IMG/VR virus record: IMGVR_UViG_3300033075_001055
Source of the DNA: an uncultured virus (IMG/VR IMGVR_UViG_3300033075_001055)
Lineage: Duplodnaviria > Heunggongvirae > Uroviricota > Caudoviricetes
Length of the DNA stretch: 64,000 bases
Reading direction: 5' to 3' (one strand)
Below the pieces are notes generated by a model, which was given only the letters and a program-made list of their open reading frames with translations, made no database searches and was not told the DNA's origin. A program made the position numbers and the translations under genes. Below are positions 1-8,716 of the stretch, piece by piece; position 1 is the stretch's first letter; each line of letters starts with the position of its first letter.

Positions 1-109
1 CTGAGATTTGCTGTGCAAAATTGGTCCAATGAATTGATAAGTTGAAAAATTAGGGGATAACCGTAAATATTCGATATCCGAGACACCACACAACCCGAGG
101 GCAAGAACC

Positions 110-373
110 ATGCCAGTTATTATCGAGACCGAAGAGACGCTGGATGCACGCATCGCACGCCTAGAAAAACTAGAACTACTCCGCGGCGCAGAAGAGCACT
201 ACGCGATGCTTTACCACGCCCACACCGAACGTGGTGAACATGACCAGGCCCGAGACATGGCAGAGCAGGGCGAGAAAGCACACGAAGCGTATCAGCGTGG
301 GCACAACGAACTGCGCGAAGCCATGGACCGTCGCTTGCCCCGTGTCACAGCCCGCACCTCGAACGCTTCATAG
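110..373 (+). CDS. hypothetical protein (87 aa)
   Basis: ATG with GAGG upstream; AT-rich promoter-like region 1-100; helical charged sequence. Confidence 0.6.
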   Translation: MPVIIETEETLDARIARLEKLELLRGAEEHYAMLYHAHTERGEHDQARDMAEQGEKAHEAYQRGHNELREAMDRRLPRVTARTSNAS

Positions 374-705
374 ATCACAGCGTTCTTTGGGAAACGCCTC
401 TGTAACTCCCCAACGAACTCAGCCAGCCGCCCGTCCCCCACTGCCAGCGGGTCATAGCGCACCATAAAGACGGTGTTGCGATTGACCTGCTCTGGTTCGC
501 ATCCCACCCCGGATAGCAGCCAAGACAGCGATACCCCGAGCACTTCGGCAATCTTTCGCCACGTGCTGACGCGCGCATCTCGCCCAAGACAAATCCGGTG
601 CAGGCTCATCACAGATAGGTTGCATTTGTTGGCCAGGGTGGCCTGCGTCCATCCACGTGCCTTGAGTTCTTTTTTCAGACGGGCGCTAGGTTTTCCACTT
701 GCCAT
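292..705 (-). CDS. XRE/Cro-CI family HTH transcriptional regulator
   Basis: RLKKELKARGWTQATLANKCNLSVMSLHRI...KIAEVLGVSLSWLL matches the HTH_3 pattern. Confidence 0.8.
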   Translation of the reverse strand: MASGKPSARLKKELKARGWTQATLANKCNLSVMSLHRICLGRDARVSTWRKIAEVLGVSLSWLLSGVGCEPEQVNRNTVFMVRYDPLAVGDGRLAEFVGELQRRFPKNAVIYEAFEVRAVTRGKRRSMASRSSLCPR

Positions 706-778
706 GTCTGTGTCTTGGTGATAGCCCTGAGGGCAGCCGTGTGCGAAGTGCGGGGCGCGTAAAGGACGCTGCGCTGCT

Positions 779-1000
779 TTACGCTGTCTCTAGCCTGTCA
801 AGCAAAGTCTGCATTGTCATTTTGCGAGGCTTTATCCATGGCTTGAAGCATCTCGGAATTGGTTCCAATCCTAGTTGCCGCCTCATTTCGTCATCGGACC
901 GCCGCCGCTCGACCTCAGCCAGTAGCCTTTGTAGTTCCTTCGGCAGCGCCCAAACCGCGGGAATGTAATTGGTTGGCAGGTCTGGATTTAGCGACACCAT
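779..1000 (-). CDS. hypothetical protein
   Basis: GAGGAG RBS upstream; follows the 1010 stop closely. Confidence 0.55.
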   Translation of the reverse strand: MVSLNPDLPTNYIPAVWALPKELQRLLAEVERRRSDDEMRRQLGLEPIPRCFKPWIKPRKMTMQTLLDRLETA

Positions 1001-1009
1001 TTATTCTCC

Positions 1010-2047
1010 TCAATTCGGGCAACACAAAATGCCCCAAGACGCGTTTTGATTCCACGTATAAACGTAGTCCGAATCAGTCCCGTCTACGCGCGGACATCGG
1101 ACCTCGGTTTGCGTTTGGCTTGGCGGGGTCGTCTGCTCATAGCAGTTAATTCCACGCGGAAATCCGCCAGCACAGGAAGGGGCAGGCGCAGTAGTGGGGC
1201 ACACGCCGCAAGCCGCAAGCCCGCGCGATACCGTGGCGTCCTTACCTGTCCAGCCACACGCGGCGGTTGCTGCGTTCATTGGCTCCTTGAACGGGGCCAG
1301 ACGCGCCCCAGTGATAAAGCAGCCTAGGCGCGTTGATCCGATCCAGTCGCACCCTGTAGGCGCACGATTTGACGTGCATGGGCTGTATCCTTGGTTGCAC
1401 TGCCCGACCGGGTCGCCTCCGAACGCACCGACGCATGCCCAGACATCGTTCTCCAGCCTATAGCCGTCCGTGGATTTGCAGGGTGGTGCCATTCCGCGTT
1501 TGTACAGGGAAATGGTCATGTCAAACGCACTCGACAGATCGGCGACCACCGCTCCTCCCATATCCCCTTGCGGCATCGTCGGCGCCCCCTTGCACGGTCC
1601 CCCGCCGCAGCATCCGTTGATGCACTTTTGATTGTCCGGGCACAGGGGCGCGGCTTCGACGCAGATGTAGTGCGTATTTGTGAGGTCCGGGGCATAACAG
1701 CCGACCATCGTGCAAACCGCGAACGCGATGCATAGCGCGAAAGCAAGTAGTATCAGCGCAGCGATGACTTCCTTGACCGGACGGCGACCGGGCAGCGTTG
1801 TTTTGCCGGTTTCGCCACGGATCGGTGGCACGCACATGCCCTTCGCCCATTCTGGTAGCGATTGGCTCATCACGTAGGTAACTTGTGGGCGGATCTTGTC
1901 CATGGGGTCAGACGGCTTGGGCTCTGTTTCCATCTCAATCCCGACCGCACCCGCGGCGAATTCCGCGACGGGGGACGATTTCAGGGCTTCGGTTGTGTCT
2001 TGGTTAGCCATTCGGTCATCACTTTCGCTAAATTCTCGATTTTGCAT
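1010..2047 (-). CDS. Cys-rich membrane-anchored or lipoprotein-like exported protein (start may be MANQDT, about 2012)
   Basis: hydrophobic segment VIAALILLAFALCIAFAVCTMVGC, then CxxxxxxCPxxxxCxxGCC, a DM-rich linker and a Cys-rich C-terminal domain. Confidence 0.7.
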   Translation of the reverse strand: MQNREFSESDDRMANQDTTEALKSSPVAEFAAGAVGIEMETEPKPSDPMDKIRPQVTYVMSQSLPEWAKGMCVPPIRGETGKTTLPGRRPVKEVIAALILLAFALCIAFAVCTMVGCYAPDLTNTHYICVEAAPLCPDNQKCINGCCGGGPCKGAPTMPQGDMGGAVVADLSSAFDMTISLYKRGMAPPCKSTDGYRLENDVWACVGAFGGDPVGQCNQGYSPCTSNRAPTGCDWIGSTRLGCFITGARLAPFKEPMNAATAACGWTGKDATVSRGLAACGVCPTTAPAPSCAGGFPRGINCYEQTTPPSQTQTEVRCPRVDGTDSDYVYTWNQNASWGILCCPN

Positions 2048-2071
2048 TCGGTTAAGTCCGCTGACCAGTGG

Positions 2072-2335
2072 TTAGGTTTCGGCATCCTCATCTGTCCGAG
2101 GATTTGGATCCTTGACCGTAAACGGCTTCCCTTGCCCGTCGAGTTCAATAGTCCAACCCTGGTTGTAGCGCAGGCGGATTTGACCGATTTTGACACCGTC
2201 TTGATACAGGTCCAGCCACTTTCCAGGAACGTCATATTCATCCAAGCCTTGCCCGCGCCAGTTTGCCAGGTCATCGGACGCGACAAACCCCGTCAGCACG
2301 TCCCATCCCAGTTTAACTCCTTCGCGTTCGCTCAT
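2072..2335 (-). CDS. hypothetical protein
   Basis: ATGA overlap with upstream gene; GAGGA RBS. Confidence 0.6.
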   Translation of the reverse strand: MSEREGVKLGWDVLTGFVASDDLANWRGQGLDEYDVPGKWLDLYQDGVKIGQIRLRYNQGWTIELDGQGKPFTVKDPNPRTDEDAET

Positions 2336-2844
2336 TCCTCGTCTCCGTCCTCATCCGCGCGCTTGTTCCGCGAGCGTTTCCGTTTCGCCGCCTGCAACTG
2401 TTTCGCGAGCCGCTGTAGTTCCGCGAATGCCTCACAGTGGTCGCATCGCTTGCCTGTTTCTGCCCGTTTACAGTCGCTTGCCCCGCTGTAAATCTCGGTC
2501 GGGGTCGCGGTCTTTTCCAGGGACGCGGCGTGTTTTAGCACAGGTCGCAGGTCTAGGTCGCCGATATCGTCGCGAAATACATCGTCATCGGGCTCGCCAC
2601 AGACACCGCGGGCGAACGAACCCAGGGCACATGCGCGCCATGTACCTTTGTGCATAACCCGGAGCGCGTAATCGCACCGGCGCCTGCGCGCGATGTCGGC
2701 TTGTTTCTCGGGCTCGGTCAGCAGCGCGTACGCGGCTTTGCGCCGGTTCGGGACTGGTATCGTGTAGCGCTCGAAGACGATGCGCCAAGTGAAGCCCGAG
2801 TGCTTAAATTCAGCGTGGCGTAGGTTTGTGGCTGGTTCGGTCAT
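2332..2844 (-). CDS. hypothetical protein with Cys motif (CDHC)
   Basis: 4-bp overlaps at both ends, typical translational coupling. Confidence 0.6.
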   Translation of the reverse strand: MTEPATNLRHAEFKHSGFTWRIVFERYTIPVPNRRKAAYALLTEPEKQADIARRRRCDYALRVMHKGTWRACALGSFARGVCGEPDDDVFRDDIGDLDLRPVLKHAASLEKTATPTEIYSGASDCKRAETGKRCDHCEAFAELQRLAKQLQAAKRKRSRNKRADEDGDEE

Positions 2845-3305
2845 GCGGGCTCCGTGGACTTTGTCGTTTCGTGCCGCGGCGGCAGTTTCAATCCCAGACC
2901 TTCCGCCTGCTCGCGGCTGATGACGATGGGCGGCGGCGGTAACAAGCGGTCGTGGTCTATGCGCATGCGGAAAGCGATGCCGTGCAAATGATGCACCGCC
3001 GCGCAGACGTTCAGCGCCTCACTGGCTTGATACCAGTGGTCGCGCTCAATCGCTTTCGAACGAACACGCCAAACCGGCCACATTGCTTTAATGGTCGCCG
3101 CCGCGTTCGAATTGAAGTCCAGCAAGCACGCCACCGCCGCCGCCTCATGCTCGCTGTACTTAGTGGCGACGTCTTTCAGCGTCCAGTCAGTTCGCGCCCA
3201 CGTTTCTAAATATGCCATCAATGCCGCGTCACGCTCGGCAAAGTCCCACCGTTCTCCTAATGTGCGCCATTTCTTTGCTATTTGTTCGCGCGTTGGTTCG
3301 GTCAC
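2841..3305 (-). CDS. hypothetical protein
   Basis: coupled overlaps at both ends; GGAG RBS. Confidence 0.6.
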   Translation of the reverse strand: MTEPTREQIAKKWRTLGERWDFAERDAALMAYLETWARTDWTLKDVATKYSEHEAAAVACLLDFNSNAAATIKAMWPVWRVRSKAIERDHWYQASEALNVCAAVHHLHGIAFRMRIDHDRLLPPPPIVISREQAEGLGLKLPPRHETTKSTEPA

Positions 3306-3895
3306 AGGGTCTCCAGTTCGCGGCGGTAGCGGTTGCCTATCTCGGTACGTCCTTGGTTAGCATCCCGCACCCCGACGCACCCGTATTGCGCTTTGATGAC
3401 AGGTCGCAGGTCGGGTTGTAGATGGTTCGCGATGTGCATCCACGCCGCCCGTGCGCCGTCGCGGGTGCCTTCGTGCGGGTTGATCGGGCTGCACAATCGC
3501 AACTCTTCGCCGTCAAGTTCAATGCTTTGCCCGTTCGGTTCATCAATGCGACTCGCGATCGTCGCCAGTTCCGCGCACTCGGCGGCGCGCTTGGCATCCT
3601 TCTCTTGCACGCGTTCGACTCGGATCACGTCGTGCTCACCGTCCACCCAATCTTCAGATGGTTGTGCCCGGCTCAGTGGTCGCCCGTTGCTCTTCCACTT
3701 CCGCTTGACCTTCAGCTTTGCGGGCGGGGGCTCGGTCTGGAGCGCGATCGTTAGTTTGCGCTTGGCATCGCGCGGGACAAAGGCACCGACCTCGAACGCG
3801 CGCATCTGCCGGACCGACACACCAGCCCGTTTCGCGCACTCGGATTGAGACCAGCCCAGTTCCTCGCGCGCTAGTTTGATGGCGTCGGGGGTCAC
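3302..3895 (-). CDS. XRE-family HTH protein with C-terminal extension
   Basis: GTG overlapping upstream TGA; IKLAREELGWSQSECAKRAGVSVRQMRAFEVG HTH. Confidence 0.75.
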   Translation of the reverse strand: MTPDAIKLAREELGWSQSECAKRAGVSVRQMRAFEVGAFVPRDAKRKLTIALQTEPPPAKLKVKRKWKSNGRPLSRAQPSEDWVDGEHDVIRVERVQEKDAKRAAECAELATIASRIDEPNGQSIELDGEELRLCSPINPHEGTRDGARAAWMHIANHLQPDLRPVIKAQYGCVGVRDANQGRTEIGNRYRRELETL

Positions 3896-5193
3896 GACTT
3901 CTGACCCTCCCGGAACGCAGCCCAGAGCGCGTTCATGTCGCGGGTCGAGTCGGTGATGCCGAGTTCGGAACGAAGCCAACCAGCATGGTCAGCAAAGCAA
4001 CCTTTCGGACATTCTCCCTGTTTCTTGCCCAGCAACCGTGCTGCCTTTAATTCGACCTCGTGCCAGGTTGCGCCGTGGGGGCGGATTCTGTGCTTCTCGT
4101 CCGTAAATGTTTTCTCGCTGAACAGCATCGGGTTCGGGTCCTCGACGCGATCGATATTCCAGCTGAACTTCGTTCCGTTCTCATGCCACGCCAAGCCCCA
4201 AGTCTGAAAACGCTCCGCTTGCCACTCCTTGTGCGCTCGCCTCAATGCCAATGCCGGCAAATCGCGGAACGGCTCGGGCGCGGGTTCGGGCTTGGAGATG
4301 ACGCGGGCGGACTGGTTCGCAAACAGCCATGGCTCCCGGCCGCCGTACGTTACCTGCACCGGCATCATTCCGTCATAATCTTCCGGTTCCTGGGTTTTGA
4401 TCGTGAACCGTTCGCCGGACTTGATTGGTGACCCACCTGCGCACCGAATTTCCGTCACTGCCTCGCAAACCGTCCCCACTGGCAACGTGCGCAGGTCCAG
4501 AAGCGGGGGCTTTTCTTCGACTTTGAACGACCACGGCATCGGGTCGCCAACCTGAAACGTCATGGTCGCGTTCACGGGTACGTTCGTGTTGTTCGTGATG
4601 ACGACCGTTTGCGGTTTGACCTCGTCCGACTTCCGCGCCGGTTCCTTCCCCGCGTCCGCCCGATGCCCGTGCTTGCGTTCCCATGCTTTCATGGTTTCGC
4701 TTGCCAGTTTGCTTTCCTCCCAGAACATCGACTGCACAACGTCCCGATACGCCCGCACCCCTTCCGCGAGCGCGTCACGGTCGCCGGTCATGGTCACGAG
4801 TTCTTGCCGGGCTGCGTCGCGGTCTTTGCACACCTGTGCGTTCCAGCGACTGAGCCGAGCTACCTCATCCCGCAACTTCCCGCACTCGTCCACAAGCCGC
4901 TTGGCGTGCTCGACCGCGGCGGCTAGTTCGCCCTTGACGGCGTCACGCTCCTTTTCGAGTTCGGCGATGCGGGCGTGACACTGATTGCGGTCTCCGTACA
5001 TGCGCAGGCCAATGCTTCGCGCAGACTTCAGACTTTCCTTAGCCGCGTCCAACTCCCCCGCCTGTCTCGCGCACAGGTCGGCGAGGCGGTCCAGTTCGGC
5101 GGCGGCTCCCTGCACAATCTCCAGCGCGCCACCGGCACCAGCACAACGCCGCAGCCCGTTCGCCAACTCTTTCGCAGTCTTCTGTTCGCTCAT
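3892..5193 (-). CDS. coiled-coil protein with a duplicated C-terminal module
   Basis: N-terminal heptad-like region; C-terminus paralogous to 5693-6679. Confidence 0.7.
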   Translation of the reverse strand: MSEQKTAKELANGLRRCAGAGGALEIVQGAAAELDRLADLCARQAGELDAAKESLKSARSIGLRMYGDRNQCHARIAELEKERDAVKGELAAAVEHAKRLVDECGKLRDEVARLSRWNAQVCKDRDAARQELVTMTGDRDALAEGVRAYRDVVQSMFWEESKLASETMKAWERKHGHRADAGKEPARKSDEVKPQTVVITNNTNVPVNATMTFQVGDPMPWSFKVEEKPPLLDLRTLPVGTVCEAVTEIRCAGGSPIKSGERFTIKTQEPEDYDGMMPVQVTYGGREPWLFANQSARVISKPEPAPEPFRDLPALALRRAHKEWQAERFQTWGLAWHENGTKFSWNIDRVEDPNPMLFSEKTFTDEKHRIRPHGATWHEVELKAARLLGKKQGECPKGCFADHAGWLRSELGITDSTRDMNALWAAFREGQKS

Positions 5194-5435
5194 GACAACC
5201 TCATCTCTTCGTATCGCCTGGTGATTGCGTTGTAAACCATGCCCGCTGCTATCCGTTCTCGCCGCAGCCACACAGCCTTTGTTGGCACATCTTCCGCGTT
5301 CGCGACTCTGGCGCACCGCTCACAGCACGCCACGTCTTTTTCCTCGAACCAGAACGGTGTCTGCGCGCGACAAAAACAGCACCGCTCTAATTCCATCCAC
5401 GGAGGAGGCCCAGACTCGCGCTTGACCTCAATCAT
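5190..5435 (-). CDS. small Zn-ribbon protein
   Basis: CCFC...CCERC; coupled overlaps. Confidence 0.6.
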   Translation of the reverse strand: MIEVKRESGPPPWMELERCCFCRAQTPFWFEEKDVACCERCARVANAEDVPTKAVWLRRERIAAGMVYNAITRRYEEMRLS

Positions 5436-5686
5436 GATACCCGTCTCCATTTCTCTCTCAGCGTCTGTTCGCTGAGCGTTGTTCGTCTCTGTCCCGGTTT
5501 GCCGACCGTTTCCCACTTGCCGCGCTCGGGCTGAAACGCAAGCTCAATCTCGCGCTTGCCGTCGGTCCACCTCTGCCCGCGCTCGAACTCGCTACCACGC
5601 ACCGACTCGACGCGCGGTCCGCCCTCACTGCGGTACGTGATCATGAGGGTTGAGCCGGGCGCGAGGTCGGGCAGGTGCAGGGTCAT
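5432..5686 (-). CDS. hypothetical protein
   Basis: ORF fills the gap between coupled genes. Confidence 0.55.
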   Translation of the reverse strand: MTLHLPDLAPGSTLMITYRSEGGPRVESVRGSEFERGQRWTDGKREIELAFQPERGKWETVGKPGQRRTTLSEQTLREKWRRVS

Positions 5687-5692
5687 TGGTCG

Positions 5693-6679
5693 TCATCCGC
5701 CTGTCTTCTTCCATGCCCGTTTTTGCTTCGGTTTCTCGGGTGGCGGCTCGGTCTGTAGCGCCACGATGATCTTGCGCTTGTACTCGCGCGGGACCTTGCC
5801 GCCACGCTCAAACGCGCGCATGCGATGCACCGGGACGCCCGCCTGTTTCGCGCACTCCGACTGAGACCATCCCAGTTCTTCGCGCGCTAGTTTGATGGCT
5901 TCCTTCTGGCCCTCCCGAAACGCGGCCCAGAGCGCGGTCATGTCGCGGGTCGGGTCGGTGATGCCGAGTCGATCACGGAGCCAAGAATTTGGACCGGATG
6001 CCAAGCACCTCCCCAGCATCCGCGCCGCCTTGGTTTCGACTTCGAGCCAGGTTGCGCCGTGGGGGCGGTAATCTTCATCGTATTTACTAACGTCACAATC
6101 TCTGCGGACATTTATGGCGTAACTGCCGATCTTTACCCAATTCCCGCGTAAGCCATCCGGCGTAAGTTCAAGCACATCCCCGCCCCTGTCCTCGTACATG
6201 CGATGCGCCCGTCTCAACGCCAGCGCCGGCAGACCCTCGCGGAACGGTTCTGGCGCGGGTTCGGGCTTGGAGATGACGCGGGCGGGTTGCATGGCTGCGA
6301 TCCACGTAATCGCGTGCTCCTTTGTTGCAACCCGCACCGGCCACTTTGTATCACCGTCGTCGCGCTCCGTGATTGTGAACGCGCCAGTTATCGATCGATA
6401 CGACCCAAGAACCGTCTTCAGTGGTTCCACCGCCTCGCAGACCGTCCCCACCGGCAACGTGCGCAGGTCTAGGAGCGGGGGTGGCAGTTCAAACTCGTCC
6501 CATAGGTCCCTCAGCGCGCTGAACCGGCCATAAGCCCGGGCAAAGTCCAGTGACTTTCCGACGCATTGACTGGTTCCGTTGCCCGTGTCGATCTTGTGTT
6601 CGCGAACGAGGATATTCACTCGCTCGCCGACGTATCGCGCCAGATTCGCCTTGCTGAATCGCGGCTTGTTCTGTGACAT
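5693..6679 (-). CDS. module-HTH fusion protein, paralogous to 3302-5193
   Basis: shares LLDLRTLPVGTVCEAV, ARVISKPEPAPEPFR, ALWAAFREGQK and AIKLAREELGWSQSECAK; ATG 7 nt after the -10 box. Confidence 0.75.
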   Translation of the reverse strand: MSQNKPRFSKANLARYVGERVNILVREHKIDTGNGTSQCVGKSLDFARAYGRFSALRDLWDEFELPPPLLDLRTLPVGTVCEAVEPLKTVLGSYRSITGAFTITERDDGDTKWPVRVATKEHAITWIAAMQPARVISKPEPAPEPFREGLPALALRRAHRMYEDRGGDVLELTPDGLRGNWVKIGSYAINVRRDCDVSKYDEDYRPHGATWLEVETKAARMLGRCLASGPNSWLRDRLGITDPTRDMTALWAAFREGQKEAIKLAREELGWSQSECAKQAGVPVHRMRAFERGGKVPREYKRKIIVALQTEPPPEKPKQKRAWKKTGG

Positions 6680-6686
6680 GCGCAGA

Positions 6687-6714
6687 ACTCTACACCCCTC
6701 CCGCCCCATGTCAA
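6687..6714 (-). promoter_or_regulatory. sigma70-type promoter for a leaderless transcript
   Basis: TTGACA-N16-TAGAGT-TCTGCGC-ATG; near-identical copies at 21762 and 39839. Confidence 0.75.
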
Positions 6715-6732
6715 CGAAAAAGCGCCGGGCTG

Positions 6733-7236
6733 TTACTTTTTCTCGGAACAGGCTGCGACCGCGCGCAGAACTCGGACGATTGCGGTGGGTAGGTCGTCGC
6801 TGTGCTTGTGGCCGTCTATGACGTGGCAGATGTCGCCGTCCGTGCTGTGGCCGAAGAAGATCGCGCTGTCAGTCACGATAGAACCCACCCAAGCATGCGC
6901 CTCTAACCACGAACACCCCCGCCGTCGCATGACTCTGCTCACGCTCTCGCCGCAGTCGCTGATCACGTAGCCGGTCGCAGTCGCGCGGTAGTAGCACGCC
7001 GCAATGCCGTGTTTTTGGTCTTCGCCATAATCGAGCCCGACAGAATGCAGCGCACCGCCGAGAGGCCCGTGCTCAGTTTGTGCCGCTGCGCGCCACCAGT
7101 CCGCGGTATTCTTTTCGGTCGGGCTGCGGCTTAGAAAACGTTCGCCGTCTTCGCTTTCTTCTATCTCGGACGATGTCAGCAATGCGTCCACGTCGGCGAT
7201 TGCGTCAGGACTCGCCAAATACTCGCGTAGGGTCAT
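6733..7236 (-). CDS. hypothetical protein
   Basis: MTLREYL start overlapping the upstream stop. Confidence 0.55.
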   Translation of the reverse strand: MTLREYLASPDAIADVDALLTSSEIEESEDGERFLSRSPTEKNTADWWRAAAQTEHGPLGGALHSVGLDYGEDQKHGIAACYYRATATGYVISDCGESVSRVMRRRGCSWLEAHAWVGSIVTDSAIFFGHSTDGDICHVIDGHKHSDDLPTAIVRVLRAVAACSEKK

Positions 7237-7499
7237 TCGCTCATCTCCAGGCATGCTTGTTTGCACTTGCTGCAGCACCGACCGCCACCGATAGCGCACT
7301 CCTCCTTGCCGCGACAGTGATCGGCCAGGTCGCAATCCGGGGGCAGGGGAACGGGCACGGGCGGCTTTTTGCGCTTGGCTGGATGCGCGCCCGCTTGCGA
7401 CACCGCCTCGCCTACTTGTTCAGCCTTGTCCCTGATCTCATCCGCCCACGGCAACAGAAAGCAACCAGACAGCGCCGGAAGCAGCAGCCACGCTCTCAT
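7233..7499 (-). CDS. small Cys-rich lipoprotein
   Basis: MRAWLLLPALSGC lipobox; C-terminal CCSKCKQAC. Confidence 0.65.
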   Translation of the reverse strand: MRAWLLLPALSGCFLLPWADEIRDKAEQVGEAVSQAGAHPAKRKKPPVPVPLPPDCDLADHCRGKEECAIGGGRCCSKCKQACLEMSE

Positions 7500-7750
7500 G
7501 GCCGCACCCGTCCGCAGTTCTGGTTGCACTTGGCGCAACAGAAATTCGGGCCCATCGGGTCGTAGTTGCCGTTCTCGTCGCACCAATACGACTCGGTTTT
7601 CTTGCGACCCTCGACGCATGCACAGCGATGGTCAGGCGGTCCCACGCGCGCCGGTTGTTCTGGCGTATCCGTACTTAGCAGGCTACCAAACGCGCCCCAC
7701 ATGCAGCCCGACAACGCGCCGACCAGCAGCGCCAAACTCCACGCTTTCAC
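7496..7750 (-). CDS. small Cys-rich lipoprotein (paralogue of 7233-7499)
   Basis: MKAWSLALLVGALSGC lipobox; C-terminal CCAKCNQNC. Confidence 0.65.
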   Translation of the reverse strand: MKAWSLALLVGALSGCMWGAFGSLLSTDTPEQPARVGPPDHRCACVEGRKKTESYWCDENGNYDPMGPNFCCAKCNQNCGRVRP

Positions 7751-8280
7751 GATTGCACCGCCGGAAACGTCGCGGGCTTTGACCCTGGTTTGATCTTGAG
7801 CAAGCCGTCGACCGTGTGCAGGTCGTCGAGGCGGTAGGCTTCACATTCGCTAAAATCACTGCAAGCCTGCGCGGCTTCGCGTTGCAGCACATGCCTCGCT
7901 TCGGATGCTAGCAGCGTTCCGCCTGGACTGCGCTCACGATCCATGTGCCACCAAATGCCCAGGACTTTATTGTAAATCGCATACATCCCCGGCTTCTCGT
8001 CATGCTCCGCTACCGTCTGTTCCTTCTTCGCCTCCTCGGGCAGCAGCGCCAACAGTATCTCGCGGCTGGTCATGGCTTCGAGCGCAGCGATGTCTGCGCT
8101 GTATTTAGCGATGACTTCGGGCAATTTCTGACACCGCTCCTTTGCCTTGTCCAGCATCTTCTGATTGTGATCTCGTTTGCGCCCAAGGTCCGTGATCGTG
8201 CTTACTCGCACGTTCTCAATCCCGCGCATGCACGTCTCGACCGTCGCCGCGATTTGCTTATGCTTTTTGATGTCGCTCAC
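7747..8280 (-). CDS. hypothetical protein, N-terminal coiled coil
   Basis: GTG start with GGAGG RBS, overlapping the upstream stop. Confidence 0.6.
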   Translation of the reverse strand: MSDIKKHKQIAATVETCMRGIENVRVSTITDLGRKRDHNQKMLDKAKERCQKLPEVIAKYSADIAALEAMTSREILLALLPEEAKKEQTVAEHDEKPGMYAIYNKVLGIWWHMDRERSPGGTLLASEARHVLQREAAQACSDFSECEAYRLDDLHTVDGLLKIKPGSKPATFPAVQS

Positions 8281-8521
8281 GTCCGCACCTCCAGTAGTTC
8301 GATCGCGCTCGCCGTCAGCGGGCAGAGCACGGTTTCGGGGTTGTTCTCGGTTGGCTGCATTCGCGGGGCTAGGTTGTGGCACTCGCCCTGGTTCGCGCCC
8401 CATTCCGTGTCATGCGGCGGATGTTGCTTCCCGCACTGCTCACAAACTCCCGGCGTGTGCCCGTCAGACAACGGCGCACTGTTCGACCGATAGCGCGACG
8501 CGACTTCGTCTGACTTGCGGC

Positions 8522-8716
8522 TCATTCCCGCTTCCCTTCCTCTGCCCTCTTGTCCTGGCAAAAGTCGCACACGCCGTCAGTCCGTGCGACGTGCCGACAG
8601 AACCCGCAGCCGCCTGATGATGGCGGGCAGTAGACCACTCCGAAGCCGTCAAAGTCCGCGTACTCACGGCGGCACTTTGGACAGAACATCGTGGGCTGTT
8701 CAACCTCGCCGTTCAT
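8522..8716 (-). CDS. small Zn-finger protein
   Basis: CPKC, CGFC and CDFC motifs. Confidence 0.6.
   Translation of the reverse strand: MNGEVEQPTMFCPKCRREYADFDGFGVVYCPPSSGGCGFCRHVARTDGVCDFCQDKRAEEGKRE

Noticed and set aside
3724..6483. Diversity-generating retroelement template/variable repeat pair
   Set aside because: Differences between the copies involve all four bases and indels rather than adenines only, and no reverse transcriptase is present in the window.
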